Assembly: GCA_028711065.1 (NCBI GenBank)
Contig: JAQTSY010000007.1
Span: forward strand, 1-50,872
DNA: 50,872 nucleotides
DNA from: Minisyncoccota bacterium
GTDB taxonomy: Bacteria > Patescibacteriota > Minisyncoccia > Phycocordibacterales > JAQTLZ01
Direction: 5' to 3'
Position numbers and translations under genes: made by a program. A model generated the notes under the pieces. That model worked only from the letters and a program-made list of their open reading frames with translations. It had not been told where the DNA came from and did no database searches. Position 1 is the stretch's first letter; every line of letters starts with the position of its first letter. This document shows, one piece after another, positions 1-8,127 of this stretch.

Positions 1-132
1 ACCGCCCGTCAACTCAAGGGAACTGGGAGTGCCCGAAGCCTCGTCCTGTACGAGTCTAAGGCAAGCTCAGCGACAGGGAGTAAGTCGTAACAAGGCACGG
101 GTAGCGGAAGCTGCTCGTGGAATATTTCAATT
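1..132 (+). rRNA. rrs: 16S rRNA gene, 3' end (partial)
   Basis: ACCGCCCGTC (1-10), helix 44, AAGTCGTAACAAGG (82-95), helix 45 CACGGGTAGC-GGAA-GCTGCTCGTG (96-119). 3' end placed by alignment to E. coli, approximate. Confidence 0.96.
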
Positions 133-258
133 TGAAAATGTTTTCATTTCTTCGGAAATGCATAACTTACGGCGTCGATTTAGAATGCCTCAATTGAGCA
201 TTCTAAGGTTTATCTAAACTGTAAATAGATTGGCATCTCGGAAAGACGAGAAAAAGGA

Positions 259-298
259 CCCCCCACCACTTTTGGTGCAAATCAAAAGTGGTGGGGGG
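259..298. terminator. 15-bp perfect inverted repeat in 16S trailer (terminator or processing stem)
   Basis: CCCCCCACCACTTTT (259-273) / AAAAGTGGTGGGGGG (284-298). Confidence 0.6.
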
Positions 299-331
299 CA
301 AGAACGGAACAAAACAAAGAATATTTCAAGT

Positions 332-358
332 AAAAACCATCCGAAAGGGTGGTTTTTG
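332..358 (+). terminator. Intrinsic terminator closing the 16S transcript
   Basis: AAAAACCATCC-GAAA-GGGTGGTTTTT hairpin with A- and T-tracts. Confidence 0.7.
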
Positions 359-387
359 CTTGCCTGATTTCCTGCTATACTAAAGTC

Positions 388-762
388 ATGAAAAACATAA
401 TTCAAAAATTGGCTTTTATCATCGCAGTAAGTTTCGGCGCACTTGTGCCAGTGTTGGTTCAAGCTGCAGCGGCAGTCTGTAAATCAAATGGGCAAGTAGT
501 GCCTTGTGGAAATATCGGCTGGCTCATTGGAGGAGTCTTTGGACTTGGAGGAATTTTCCTTCTCATAGCTCTCCTGGGAACCATTTTTTGGATTATGATG
601 CTCATTCATGCTGCTACTCATGATATCCCCAATAAACCTCTCTGGCTCCTTATTATTATTTTCGGTCATCTTCTCGGAGCGATCGTCTATTACTTCTCTG
701 TCAAAAAGAATATGTCTTCTGGTTCGAAAACACCTTCTTCTGGGGCATCCTCGACCACTTAA
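388..762 (+). CDS. Small membrane protein with PLDc_N-like hairpin domain
   Basis: IFWIMMLIHAATHDIPNKPLWLLIIIFGHLLGAIVYYF pattern; N-terminal signal-like segment; ATG 388 lies 6 nt after TG-C-TATACT. Confidence 0.7.
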   Translation: MKNIIQKLAFIIAVSFGALVPVLVQAAAAVCKSNGQVVPCGNIGWLIGGVFGLGGIFLLIALLGTIFWIMMLIHAATHDIPNKPLWLLIIIFGHLLGAIVYYFSVKKNMSSGSKTPSSGASSTT

Positions 763-775
763 TCTATAAAAATAG

Positions 776-813
776 GCGTCAAAAAACGCCTCAACAGGGG
801 CGTTTTTTGACGC
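776..813. terminator. Intrinsic terminator hairpin
   Basis: GCGTCAAAAAACGCC (776-790) / GGCGTTTTTTGACGC (799-813). Confidence 0.75.
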
Positions 814-823
814 ATCGTATCTA

Positions 824-852
824 TTGACTTTTTACCTAAAATATGCTAATAT
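824..852 (+). promoter_or_regulatory. sigma70 promoter of amidase gene
   Basis: TTGACT-17-TAATAT with TG extended -10. Confidence 0.7.
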
Positions 853-900
853 ACTAGTGGGCCTGTGGAGGGTCCTCGGGCAGGAGAAAGGAGGAGTCCT

Positions 901-1392
901 ATGCGGACCCTCTTCGTTCTACTGTCTTTTGTAAGCTCTGTTTCAATCGCTCACGGAGCGATGGCAGAGCGCAGGGAAACGTCCATGATCATCGTTCACC
1001 ATTCAGCAGGTTTGAATGGTAACGCGCAGATCTTTAGGGATTTCCATGTTCACCAGCGGGGCTGGGAAGACATCGGGTATCACTTTGTGATTTGCAACGG
1101 TCATGGTGGTGGCGACGGTGAAATTGAAACCGGCCGCGCCGAGAATCTCGTTGGGGCTCATGCGGGCAATCCGCATCCCAGCCGAAATCGATTCTCCGTG
1201 GGGATTTGTTTGGTTGGGGAGAATATATTTACTCCCGAACAACTCAAATCCCTGAAGGCAAAGCTCATCGAGCTTTGCCGGAAATACCATATCGTACCCT
1301 CCGCGCAGACCATTCAGAGGCATCATCCTGATTGCCCCGGAACAGGTCTCAACCTTGAGGCGATTATTGCCCAGGTTCAAAAGGAACTATAG
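901..1392 (+). CDS. N-acetylmuramoyl-L-alanine amidase (Amidase_2 / T7-lysozyme-like) with signal peptide
   Basis: IIVHHSAG, GWEDIGYHFVI, GAHA, SVGICLVG, HHPDCPG Zn-amidase motifs; AGGAGG 6 nt before ATG 901. Confidence 0.88.
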   Translation: MRTLFVLLSFVSSVSIAHGAMAERRETSMIIVHHSAGLNGNAQIFRDFHVHQRGWEDIGYHFVICNGHGGGDGEIETGRAENLVGAHAGNPHPSRNRFSVGICLVGENIFTPEQLKSLKAKLIELCRKYHIVPSAQTIQRHHPDCPGTGLNLEAIIAQVQKEL

Positions 1393-1412
1393 ATCTTATT
1401 GTCGAGTTTAAA

Positions 1413-1448
1413 ATAAAGTCGCCGATCACTTTGTGGTCGGCGATTTAT
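1413..1448. terminator. Terminator hairpin after amidase
   Basis: ATAAAGTCGCCGATCAC-TTT-GTGGTCGGCGATTTAT. Confidence 0.7.
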
Positions 1449-1509
1449 CATTATGTTAGAATGAGCTTTGGCTCGGGGGCGTGTAGCGACAGGGAGAGGG
1501 AGGTGCATC

Positions 1510-1737
1510 ATGGCGCGGTGGAACGCGGGCGACAGCGTTGAACAAGACAAACATGAAGCAGATCCAACATTGCTTCAGTCTGTGTTGGAGTACTTTTTAA
1601 ATTTTCCTCTTTCCTTTCTTTACAGGAGAGTGGAAGGTACAAGGTTCCAGGATCTCGGATTTCGGTTCATCGGACGCGTGTTTGAGTGGATCGATCGTCC
1701 CAATGAATTTTCTGGAGAAGCGGGAGGCAAGTCATGA
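1510..1737 (+). CDS. Hypothetical protein (75 aa), SD-led orphan
   Basis: TG-T-TAGAAT (1454-1462), GGAGGTG SD before ATG 1510; ATGA overlap with next ORF; no recognisable domain. Confidence 0.55.
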   Translation: MARWNAGDSVEQDKHEADPTLLQSVLEYFLNFPLSFLYRRVEGTRFQDLGFRFIGRVFEWIDRPNEFSGEAGGKS

Positions 1738-1916
1738 ATACACATGGTCTTCGCCGGCCGAGGAGATTCATAAGTAAGCGCTTTCTCAAGGCTTTGGGAC
1801 ATTTCTCCATCATCGATCTTGTCGGAAGCATGGCGATACCGTTTGCCATGTGCGCTGTTCTGTTCTGGATGTGTCTTTGCGACGTGATGAGATTTCTCTT
1901 TCGGAAATGGTGGTGA
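1734..1916 (+). CDS. Hypothetical small protein (60 aa), basic N-terminus plus hydrophobic segment
   Basis: GGAGG 6 nt before ATG; ATGA coupling; followed by terminator. Confidence 0.55.
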   Translation: MNTHGLRRPRRFISKRFLKALGHFSIIDLVGSMAIPFAMCAVLFWMCLCDVMRFLFRKWW

Positions 1917-1950
1917 GGTGTTTCTCGCTACACTTCCGAAAGTGTCGTTG

Positions 1951-1978
1951 GCGACTGGGTTTTGGCCCAGTCGTTTTT
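1951..1978 (+). terminator. Intrinsic terminator between small-ORF operon and tRNA-Leu 3' end
   Basis: GCGACTGGG-TTTTGG-CCCAGTCGT-TTTT. Confidence 0.7.
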
Positions 1979-1984
1979 CTTGTG

Positions 1985-2066
1985 TGCCGTGGGAGGGACT
2001 CGGACCCTCAACTCTTGCGAGATACGATTCTGAATCGTACGCGTATACCAGTTCCGCCACCACGGC
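1985..2066 (-). tRNA. tRNA-Leu(CAG), atypical (C55, A37, no encoded CCA)
   Basis: Minus strand GCCGTGG-TG-GCGGAACTGGTATACGC-G-TACGA-TTCAGAA-TCGTA-TCTCGCAAGAGTT-GAGGG-TCCGAGT-CCCTC-CCACGGC-A; all stems pair, long variable arm, A73; TG-T-TATTCT -10 at 2078-2086. Confidence 0.88.
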
Positions 2067-2203
2067 CAGATCTAGAAAGAATAACATGGGAGTGTCGATC
2101 GTTACACGACCAGTATCCCGATTGGATTTTTTCTTCGAAAAAATGCTCAATCGGGCTTCGACTCCTGACAGAAAGCGCCCCGCGCTTTCTTGATCGTCGA
2201 CCA

Positions 2204-2235
2204 AATGAAAAATGCCCTTCGGGGCATCTTTCATT
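2204..2235. terminator. Hairpin directly after tRNA-Ile 3' end
   Basis: AATGAAA-A-ATGCCC-TTCG-GGGCAT-C-TTTCATT. Confidence 0.65.
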
Positions 2236-2236
2236 A

Positions 2237-2312
2237 TGGTGCGCGATCCAGGAGTCGAACCTGGGACCCCATCAGTATCAGTGATGTGCTCTACCAGCTG
2301 AGCTAATCGCGC
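2237..2312 (-). tRNA. tRNA-Ile(GAT)
   Basis: Minus strand GCGCGATTAGCTCAGCTGGTAGAGCA-CATCA-CTGATAC-TGATG-GGGTCCCAGGTTCGACTCCTGGATCGCGC-ACCA; 76 nt, CCA encoded. Confidence 0.97.
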
Positions 2313-2485
2313 GCAAAGGAAACTATCTTGACCTTTTGAAACAGAACAGGAGAAATATAGCAGAAAATAAGCGTTTTGCCAAAATTTTTCTTTACTTCAA
2401 AATATTTGTCACATCGGTTTTCTTGGCAAGCTCGAGTGCAGGATTGAGCTGTTTTTTTGCCTAAACTCTGCTAGTATGGTCATAT

Positions 2486-3844
2486 ATGCAAATCGGGGGG
2501 TATTTTAGGGGTAAAAAGATAACAATCATGGGGCTCGGGCTCTTAGGCCGGGGTCTTGGCGATGTGCGGTTTTTGGCTGAAGAAGGGGCTGAACTTATCG
2601 TTACCGACCTTAAAACCAAGGAGCAACTCGCGGATTCTCTGAAAGCGCTCGAAGCCTTTCCAAACATCACCTACGTGCTCGGCGAGCATAGACTCAAGGA
2701 TTTTCAAGGCAGGGATATGGTGGTGAAAGCTGCGGGAGTTCCACTCGATTCTCCTTATATCGCTGAAGCGCGGAAAAACAATATTCCAATTGAAATGGAT
2801 GCGTCTCTTTTCGCCAAGCTCACCATCGGCGTTACCATCATCGGGATTACCGGCACGCGCGGAAAAACCACGACAACCTCACTCGTGTACGAGATTGCAA
2901 GAAGGCATTTTGACGGTACGAGTACGAAAGTGTTTCTTGGTGGCAATATTCGCGGTACAGCGACTCTGCCTCTTATTCGAGAAGTGAAAGCGGGGGACGT
3001 CATGGTACTTGAACTTGATTCATGGCAGCTTCAAGGATTTGGAGAAGCAAAAATCAGTCCGCATATTTCGATATTCACGAATTTTCTTGATGACCATCTC
3101 AATTATTACAAAGGCGACAAGGAATTATATTTTCAAGACAAAGCACAAATTTTTCTCAATCAAACAAAAGGAGATGTCTGCATCACGAGCGATGATTTGG
3201 CCATAGAAATAGTAAAAAGATTTGGAAAGGATATGAAAGGAGCGCTGGTGAAAGCGAAACCTTCGAAAATCCCGCTTGATTGGAAATTCCATCTTCGCGG
3301 AGAACATAATCGAGAAAATATTGCGCTTGCGATCGAAGCAGGGAAGGCGCTCGGCGCGACAATGGAAGAAATTCGCGAAGCGATTGAGCGATTTCGAGGA
3401 GTGCCGGGGCGACTCGAATTTTTGGTCAATTACAAAGGCGTTTATTTTTATAATGACACCTGCGCTACTACTCCTGATGCGACGCTCGCTGGATTGAAAA
3501 CTCTCGCTTTTCAACGAAACGTCGTCCTCATTATGGGAGGCGCGGACAAGGGTCTTAATATGGACAAACTTATTCACGCTCTTCCGGATTATACAAAAGA
3601 AGTCATTTTGCTTACTGGTACGAACACAACCGGGAGTGAAAGAATAAAAGATGTTGTTCTCAAATTTCCAAGTATCAAAGCAACTCTCGCCACAAGCCTC
3701 GAAGGAGCTCTCGGCCAAGCACTTCTCACAGCAGAGAAAGGAGACGTCGTGCTCTTTAGTCCCGCGTTCGCTTCTTTCGGAATGTTTAAGAATGAATACG
3801 ACAGAGGAGATAAGTTCAATGAAGCTGTTAAAAATCTGAAATAG
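2486..3844 (+). CDS. murD: UDP-N-acetylmuramoyl-L-alanine--D-glutamate ligase
   Basis: KKITIMGLGLLG, GITGTRGKTTT, LELDSWQL, DHLNYY, NDTCAT, LIMGGADKG, FSPAFASFGMFKNEYDRG. Confidence 0.93.
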   Translation: MQIGGYFRGKKITIMGLGLLGRGLGDVRFLAEEGAELIVTDLKTKEQLADSLKALEAFPNITYVLGEHRLKDFQGRDMVVKAAGVPLDSPYIAEARKNNIPIEMDASLFAKLTIGVTIIGITGTRGKTTTTSLVYEIARRHFDGTSTKVFLGGNIRGTATLPLIREVKAGDVMVLELDSWQLQGFGEAKISPHISIFTNFLDDHLNYYKGDKELYFQDKAQIFLNQTKGDVCITSDDLAIEIVKRFGKDMKGALVKAKPSKIPLDWKFHLRGEHNRENIALAIEAGKALGATMEEIREAIERFRGVPGRLEFLVNYKGVYFYNDTCATTPDATLAGLKTLAFQRNVVLIMGGADKGLNMDKLIHALPDYTKEVILLTGTNTTGSERIKDVVLKFPSIKATLATSLEGALGQALLTAEKGDVVLFSPAFASFGMFKNEYDRGDKFNEAVKNLK

Positions 3845-5155
3845 ATGAAGAAAATCAAAGCTGTCATTACTCCGCAGAACGCGAGAAAAATTCACTTTGC
3901 CGGCATCGGAGGCATTGGCATTTCTGCCGTTGCTCGGATGATGAAAGGCGAGGGAAAGATGGTAAGCGGTTCAGATAGAGACAGATCGAAAGTTACAGAT
4001 GAACTCAAAAAACTTGGAATAAAAATATCTATCGGACAGAAAAAATCTTCGATTCCGAAAGGGTGCGATCTTTTGGTGTATACCAATGCTCTCCCCAAAA
4101 ATCATCCCGAGCTTGTGGACGCTAAGAAAAGAAAAATAAAAGTCCTTTCATATCCGCAGACGCTCCATTTTATTTCAAAAGAAAAATATACGATTGCGAT
4201 TTCGGGCACTCACGGGAAAACCACGACGACCGCCATGGTCGCAAAAATTCTTATGGATGCGCATCTTGACCCGACTGTGATCGTCGGCTCGATTCTCAAA
4301 TCTACAAATTCCAATTTTGTTTCAGGCAAAAGCGTTTTTTTTCTTGTTGAAGCAGATGAATACAAACGGGCATTTTTAAATTTGGAACCGAAAATTTTGG
4401 CGATCAATAATCTTGATCTCGATCATACTGACTATTATAAAAATCTCGCCGATATTCAGAAAGCATTCCATACGCTCGCGAAAAAGATTCCGGAGGGCGG
4501 ATTTCTTATTTGTGATAAAGAGAATGCCCATCTGAAACCAGTGCTTAAATCCCTGAAATGCACAGTTATTCATTATCCTGATGTGTCGCTGTCTGATTGG
4601 AAGCTTAAGTTGCCCGGCGAGCATAACCGGCAGAATGCCAAAGTTGCCGCGACTGTCGCGGGAGTACTCGGCGTGCCGGAAGAAAATATCCGAAAATCGC
4701 TCGAAGAATTTGAGGGTACTTGGAGACGATTTGAGTTCAAAGGCGAGACGAAGAGCGGTGTGTTGGTCTACGATGACTATGCTCATAATCCAGAGAAAGT
4801 GCGTGCCGCACTCGCTGGGGCGCGGGAAGCATTTCCCAATAAGAAGATCTGGGCTGTTTTTCAGCCTCATCTTTATTCTCGGACGAAAAAGTTTCTGAAA
4901 GAATTTTCGGTTTCTTTTGGAAATGCGGATGAAGTTATTTTTGCTCCAATTTTTGCAGCGCGAGAAAAATTCGATAAGTCTATCACTTCAGAAATGCTTG
5001 CAAAAGCCGTAGTAAAAAAAGGCGGGAAGGCACACTATGCGGAAGCCTTTGAAAATATTGTGAAGTATCTCAAAAAGCAAACCAAAAAGGGAGACGTGGT
5101 GATGACGGTCGGAGCCGGCGATATTTATAAAGTAGGGGAGGAACTCCTTAAATAA
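3845..5155 (+). CDS. murC: UDP-N-acetylmuramate--L-alanine ligase
   Basis: IHFAGIGGIGISAVA, ISGTHGKTTTT, EADEY, DLDHTDYY, RRFE, DDYAHNP, FQPHLYSRT, GAGDI. Confidence 0.95.
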   Translation: MKKIKAVITPQNARKIHFAGIGGIGISAVARMMKGEGKMVSGSDRDRSKVTDELKKLGIKISIGQKKSSIPKGCDLLVYTNALPKNHPELVDAKKRKIKVLSYPQTLHFISKEKYTIAISGTHGKTTTTAMVAKILMDAHLDPTVIVGSILKSTNSNFVSGKSVFFLVEADEYKRAFLNLEPKILAINNLDLDHTDYYKNLADIQKAFHTLAKKIPEGGFLICDKENAHLKPVLKSLKCTVIHYPDVSLSDWKLKLPGEHNRQNAKVAATVAGVLGVPEENIRKSLEEFEGTWRRFEFKGETKSGVLVYDDYAHNPEKVRAALAGAREAFPNKKIWAVFQPHLYSRTKKFLKEFSVSFGNADEVIFAPIFAAREKFDKSITSEMLAKAVVKKGGKAHYAEAFENIVKYLKKQTKKGDVVMTVGAGDIYKVGEELLK

Positions 5156-5156
5156 T

Positions 5157-5852
5157 ATGGCAACTCTTTATGTCATCGGGACGCCAATAGGTAATCTTGG
5201 AGATATCACGCTCCGCGCACTGGAAGTCCTCAAATCAGTCGATTATGTGCTTTGTGAAGATACCCGCGTGACGGCGAAACTTTTGCATAAATACGAAATT
5301 TCAAAGCCGACGATAAGCTATCATTCGCATAGCGGTCTTTCAAAAGTTGATCATATTATTTCGCTTCTCAAGGACGGCAAAAATCTCGCTCTGGTTTCTG
5401 ACGCAGGAACTCCCGGAATTTCTGATCCAGGTTCGCTTCTTGTTTCGCAAGTGAAAGAAGCTTTAGGAGATGAAGTGAAAATCGTCGCCATTCCCGGACC
5501 CTCGGCGCTTGTCTCTGCTCTCTCCATTTCCGGTGCCCCATCATCTGATTTTCTTTTCCTTGGATTTCTCCCGCACAAAAAAGGGAGAGAGACCCTTTTC
5601 CGGGAGATTGCAAATTCAGAAAGAACTGTGGCTTTTTACGAATCGCCTCATCGAATTGAAAAAGCGCTTGCTTCGCTTCAGAAACATTTCACTGAAAAAA
5701 AACAAGAAGGGAGAAAAATCGCAGTCGCTCGTGAACTCACAAAAGTATTTGAAGAGTGCGTTTCAGGAACTGCGTCAGAGCTTATCGCTCATTTTCAAAA
5801 TCACCAGGATACGGTGCGTGGAGAATTTGTCGTCATTGTTTTTCCCAAATAG
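5157..5852 (+). CDS. rsmI: 16S rRNA (cytidine1402-2'-O)-methyltransferase
   Basis: LYVIGTPIGNLGDITLRAL, LCEDTR, SDAGTPGISDPG, FYESPHR, ARELTK, RGEFV. Confidence 0.96.
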   Translation: MATLYVIGTPIGNLGDITLRALEVLKSVDYVLCEDTRVTAKLLHKYEISKPTISYHSHSGLSKVDHIISLLKDGKNLALVSDAGTPGISDPGSLLVSQVKEALGDEVKIVAIPGPSALVSALSISGAPSSDFLFLGFLPHKKGRETLFREIANSERTVAFYESPHRIEKALASLQKHFTEKKQEGRKIAVARELTKVFEECVSGTASELIAHFQNHQDTVRGEFVVIVFPK

Positions 5853-5888
5853 TTCGCATTTTTGAGAATTATTATCTATAATACAAGT

Positions 5889-6116
5889 ATGCATTTTACA
5901 CAAACATCTTATGTACGCAGTTTCGCTCTTCTTGGCGCCCTGACTGCTCTTACACCATTTCTTCATTTTCCGCGTGCTTGGAATGATGTCTTGCTTGTTA
6001 TCATCGGCCTTCTCGTCATCTTTCTCTCGTACACTCTTCGAGCTCAAAAAATGAGTGATTCTTCCAAGTTGCCACAACCTCCCGCAGACGGCGGAACTCA
6101 AAACTTGAATAACTAG
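5889..6116 (+). CDS. Small two-TM hypothetical protein
   Basis: Two hydrophobic segments; TATAAT (5877-5882) 6 nt before ATG 5889. Confidence 0.6.
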   Translation: MHFTQTSYVRSFALLGALTALTPFLHFPRAWNDVLLVIIGLLVIFLSYTLRAQKMSDSSKLPQPPADGGTQNLNN

Positions 6117-6186
6117 GCCTAGTTGAGCCTCTTGTTCATTCCTATCCCATGCGGGGTATTGCTTTTTGTTGTATACTATTTCCATT

Positions 6187-8127
6187 ATGGTGTCCTCTCA
6201 TACTGATCATAGCTCCTCTCCATCCCATGACTCCCATGGGCACCACGACTTTCTTAGAAAAAATGCATTCGATCCAGAGCGAGTGACCTATTTTGCCGAG
6301 ACTGATTCTCGCAATAAGAAAATAAAGTTTGGAATCAAAGCGAAAGACAGAACTCGCCATGTCTATGTTATTGGTAAGACGGGAATGGGGAAGTCCACCT
6401 GCCTTGAAAATATGGCCGTGCAAGATATTCAAAATGGCGAGGGTATGGCTTTTATTGATCCACACGGGAAAACTGCTGATCTTTTTCTTGAATATGTTCC
6501 GAAAGAGCGAATGAAGGACGTGCTGTATTTTGCGCCTTTCGATATGGAATATCCCGTGTCTTTCAATGTGATGGAAGACGTTGGTCCCGATAAACGCCAC
6601 TTGGTTTCAAACGGACTTATGAGCGCCTTCAAGAAAATTTGGGTGGATGCATGGAGCGCCCGAATGGAATACATTTTGAACAACATTCTTTTGGCACTTC
6701 TTGAATATCCGGATTCTACGCTTATTGGTGTAAACAGAATGCTTGCAGACAAGGATTATCGAAATGCAGTCGTTGCGAATGTGACCGACACTTCAGTGAA
6801 AGCATTTTGGCGGGATGAATTTGCGAAATATTCTGATAAATTCATGACCGAAGCGGGTGCGGCAATTCAGAACAAGATTGGACAATTCATTTCAAATCCG
6901 CTTGTGCGAAATATTATCGGCCAGCCGAAATCTACATTCGATCTCCGTAAGATGATGGATGAAAGAAAGATCATCATCATTAACCTCTCCAAAGGAAGAG
7001 TAGGGGAGTCAAACGCGAATCTCATCGGTTCGATGCTCATCACCAAAATTTATCTGGCTGCGATGAGCCGAGCGGATGTACCCGAGTCTGTTTTGAATAC
7101 ACTGCCCAATTTTTATCTCTATGTAGACGAATTTCAATCTTTTGCAAACGAATCTTTTGCCGATATTCTTTCCGAAGCTAGAAAATATAAACTGAACCTG
7201 ACAATGGCTCACCAGTACATCGAACAGATGTCGGAAGAAGTGCGTGCCGCAGTTTTCGGAAACGTAGGCAGTATGCTGGTGTTTCGGGTCGGAGCCTTTG
7301 ACGCTGAAGTTTTGGAGAAAGAATTTGCTCCGCAGTTTACCGCTGAAGATTTGGTGAATCTTGGGTTTGCTCAAATTTACATAAAACTTATGATCAACGG
7401 CGTAACCTCGTCGCCATTTTCCGCGACCACGTTGCCTCCGATAGCCAAGCCTCTTCGCTCACTTCGCGAAGAGATCATCGAATCATCGCGAAACACTTTC
7501 GCTCGTCCTCGAAGCGTAGTGGAGGAAGAAATACGCCGATGGCACGAGCCTGTGGGCAGACCGCAGCAAAAAGAAGTTGCCCCTCCAGAGCAAAGGCCTG
7601 TAACGACCTCTCCAAGACCTTCCCAGCCCCCTCTTCGTCCCGAATTTGCTTCCGCTTCTCGTCCTTCGCAACCTGCTCATGCCCCAGCTCCTAAAATGTC
7701 GGAAGCTCCTAAAGCTCCTCCTCGTCTTTCGGCTCCAGAGCACAATCCTACGATGGCAAAACAGGTGGAGAGGGAAACCGAGCTTCGCAAAGCAATGTCT
7801 CTCGCGTATTTAAAACCAGTGGCCCCAAAACCCCAGAAAAAGCCGAATGACCAGAATCTGAAAGATTTGCGCAATCTTTTGGCAACGCTTCAAAAAGAAA
7901 ATCCAACAGCTTCAAAAGAAGAAAAGAGAGTTGAGAATGTTCCTCCTCGCGCAGAGCAGAAACCCGCCTTTTCGGAAGCGACTCAACACAAGAGAGAGCC
8001 TGGAGAGATCCATTCTCATTCGACTCCGCCGGCTCCGTCAAAACCAGAGAAAAAAATTCCAAAAGAAGTTCCTGAGGATGTCCTTAGAAAACTCCTTCAT
8101 GTTAAACCGCCAGAGAATAATGCGTAA
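6187..8127 (+). CDS. VirD4/TraG/TraD-like coupling-protein ATPase with Pro-rich C-terminal tail
   Basis: RHVYVIGKTGMGKST Walker A, FIDPHG, YLYVDEFQSF Walker B, SEARKY, AHQYIEQ; start at ATG 6187 inferred. Confidence 0.85.
   Translation: MVSSHTDHSSSPSHDSHGHHDFLRKNAFDPERVTYFAETDSRNKKIKFGIKAKDRTRHVYVIGKTGMGKSTCLENMAVQDIQNGEGMAFIDPHGKTADLFLEYVPKERMKDVLYFAPFDMEYPVSFNVMEDVGPDKRHLVSNGLMSAFKKIWVDAWSARMEYILNNILLALLEYPDSTLIGVNRMLADKDYRNAVVANVTDTSVKAFWRDEFAKYSDKFMTEAGAAIQNKIGQFISNPLVRNIIGQPKSTFDLRKMMDERKIIIINLSKGRVGESNANLIGSMLITKIYLAAMSRADVPESVLNTLPNFYLYVDEFQSFANESFADILSEARKYKLNLTMAHQYIEQMSEEVRAAVFGNVGSMLVFRVGAFDAEVLEKEFAPQFTAEDLVNLGFAQIYIKLMINGVTSSPFSATTLPPIAKPLRSLREEIIESSRNTFARPRSVVEEEIRRWHEPVGRPQQKEVAPPEQRPVTTSPRPSQPPLRPEFASASRPSQPAHAPAPKMSEAPKAPPRLSAPEHNPTMAKQVERETELRKAMSLAYLKPVAPKPQKKPNDQNLKDLRNLLATLQKENPTASKEEKRVENVPPRAEQKPAFSEATQHKREPGEIHSHSTPPAPSKPEKKIPKEVPEDVLRKLLHVKPPENNA

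Noticed and set aside
29-217. 62-aa ORF
   Set aside because: Overlaps the 16S rRNA 3' end.
762-2237. Integrated element at the tRNA 3' ends
   Set aside because: No integrase and no duplicated tRNA 3' end (att) found by eye; kept only as a hypothesis.
1620-2284. ORFs 1620..2234(-), 1850..2284(+), 1918..2193(+)
   Set aside because: They run through tRNA-Leu, tRNA-Ile and terminators; the YDSESY seen on both strands is just the palindromic anticodon arm.
3125-3895. 256-aa antisense ORF and similar shadows over core genes
   Set aside because: Opposite to clearly recognisable genes; no motifs.
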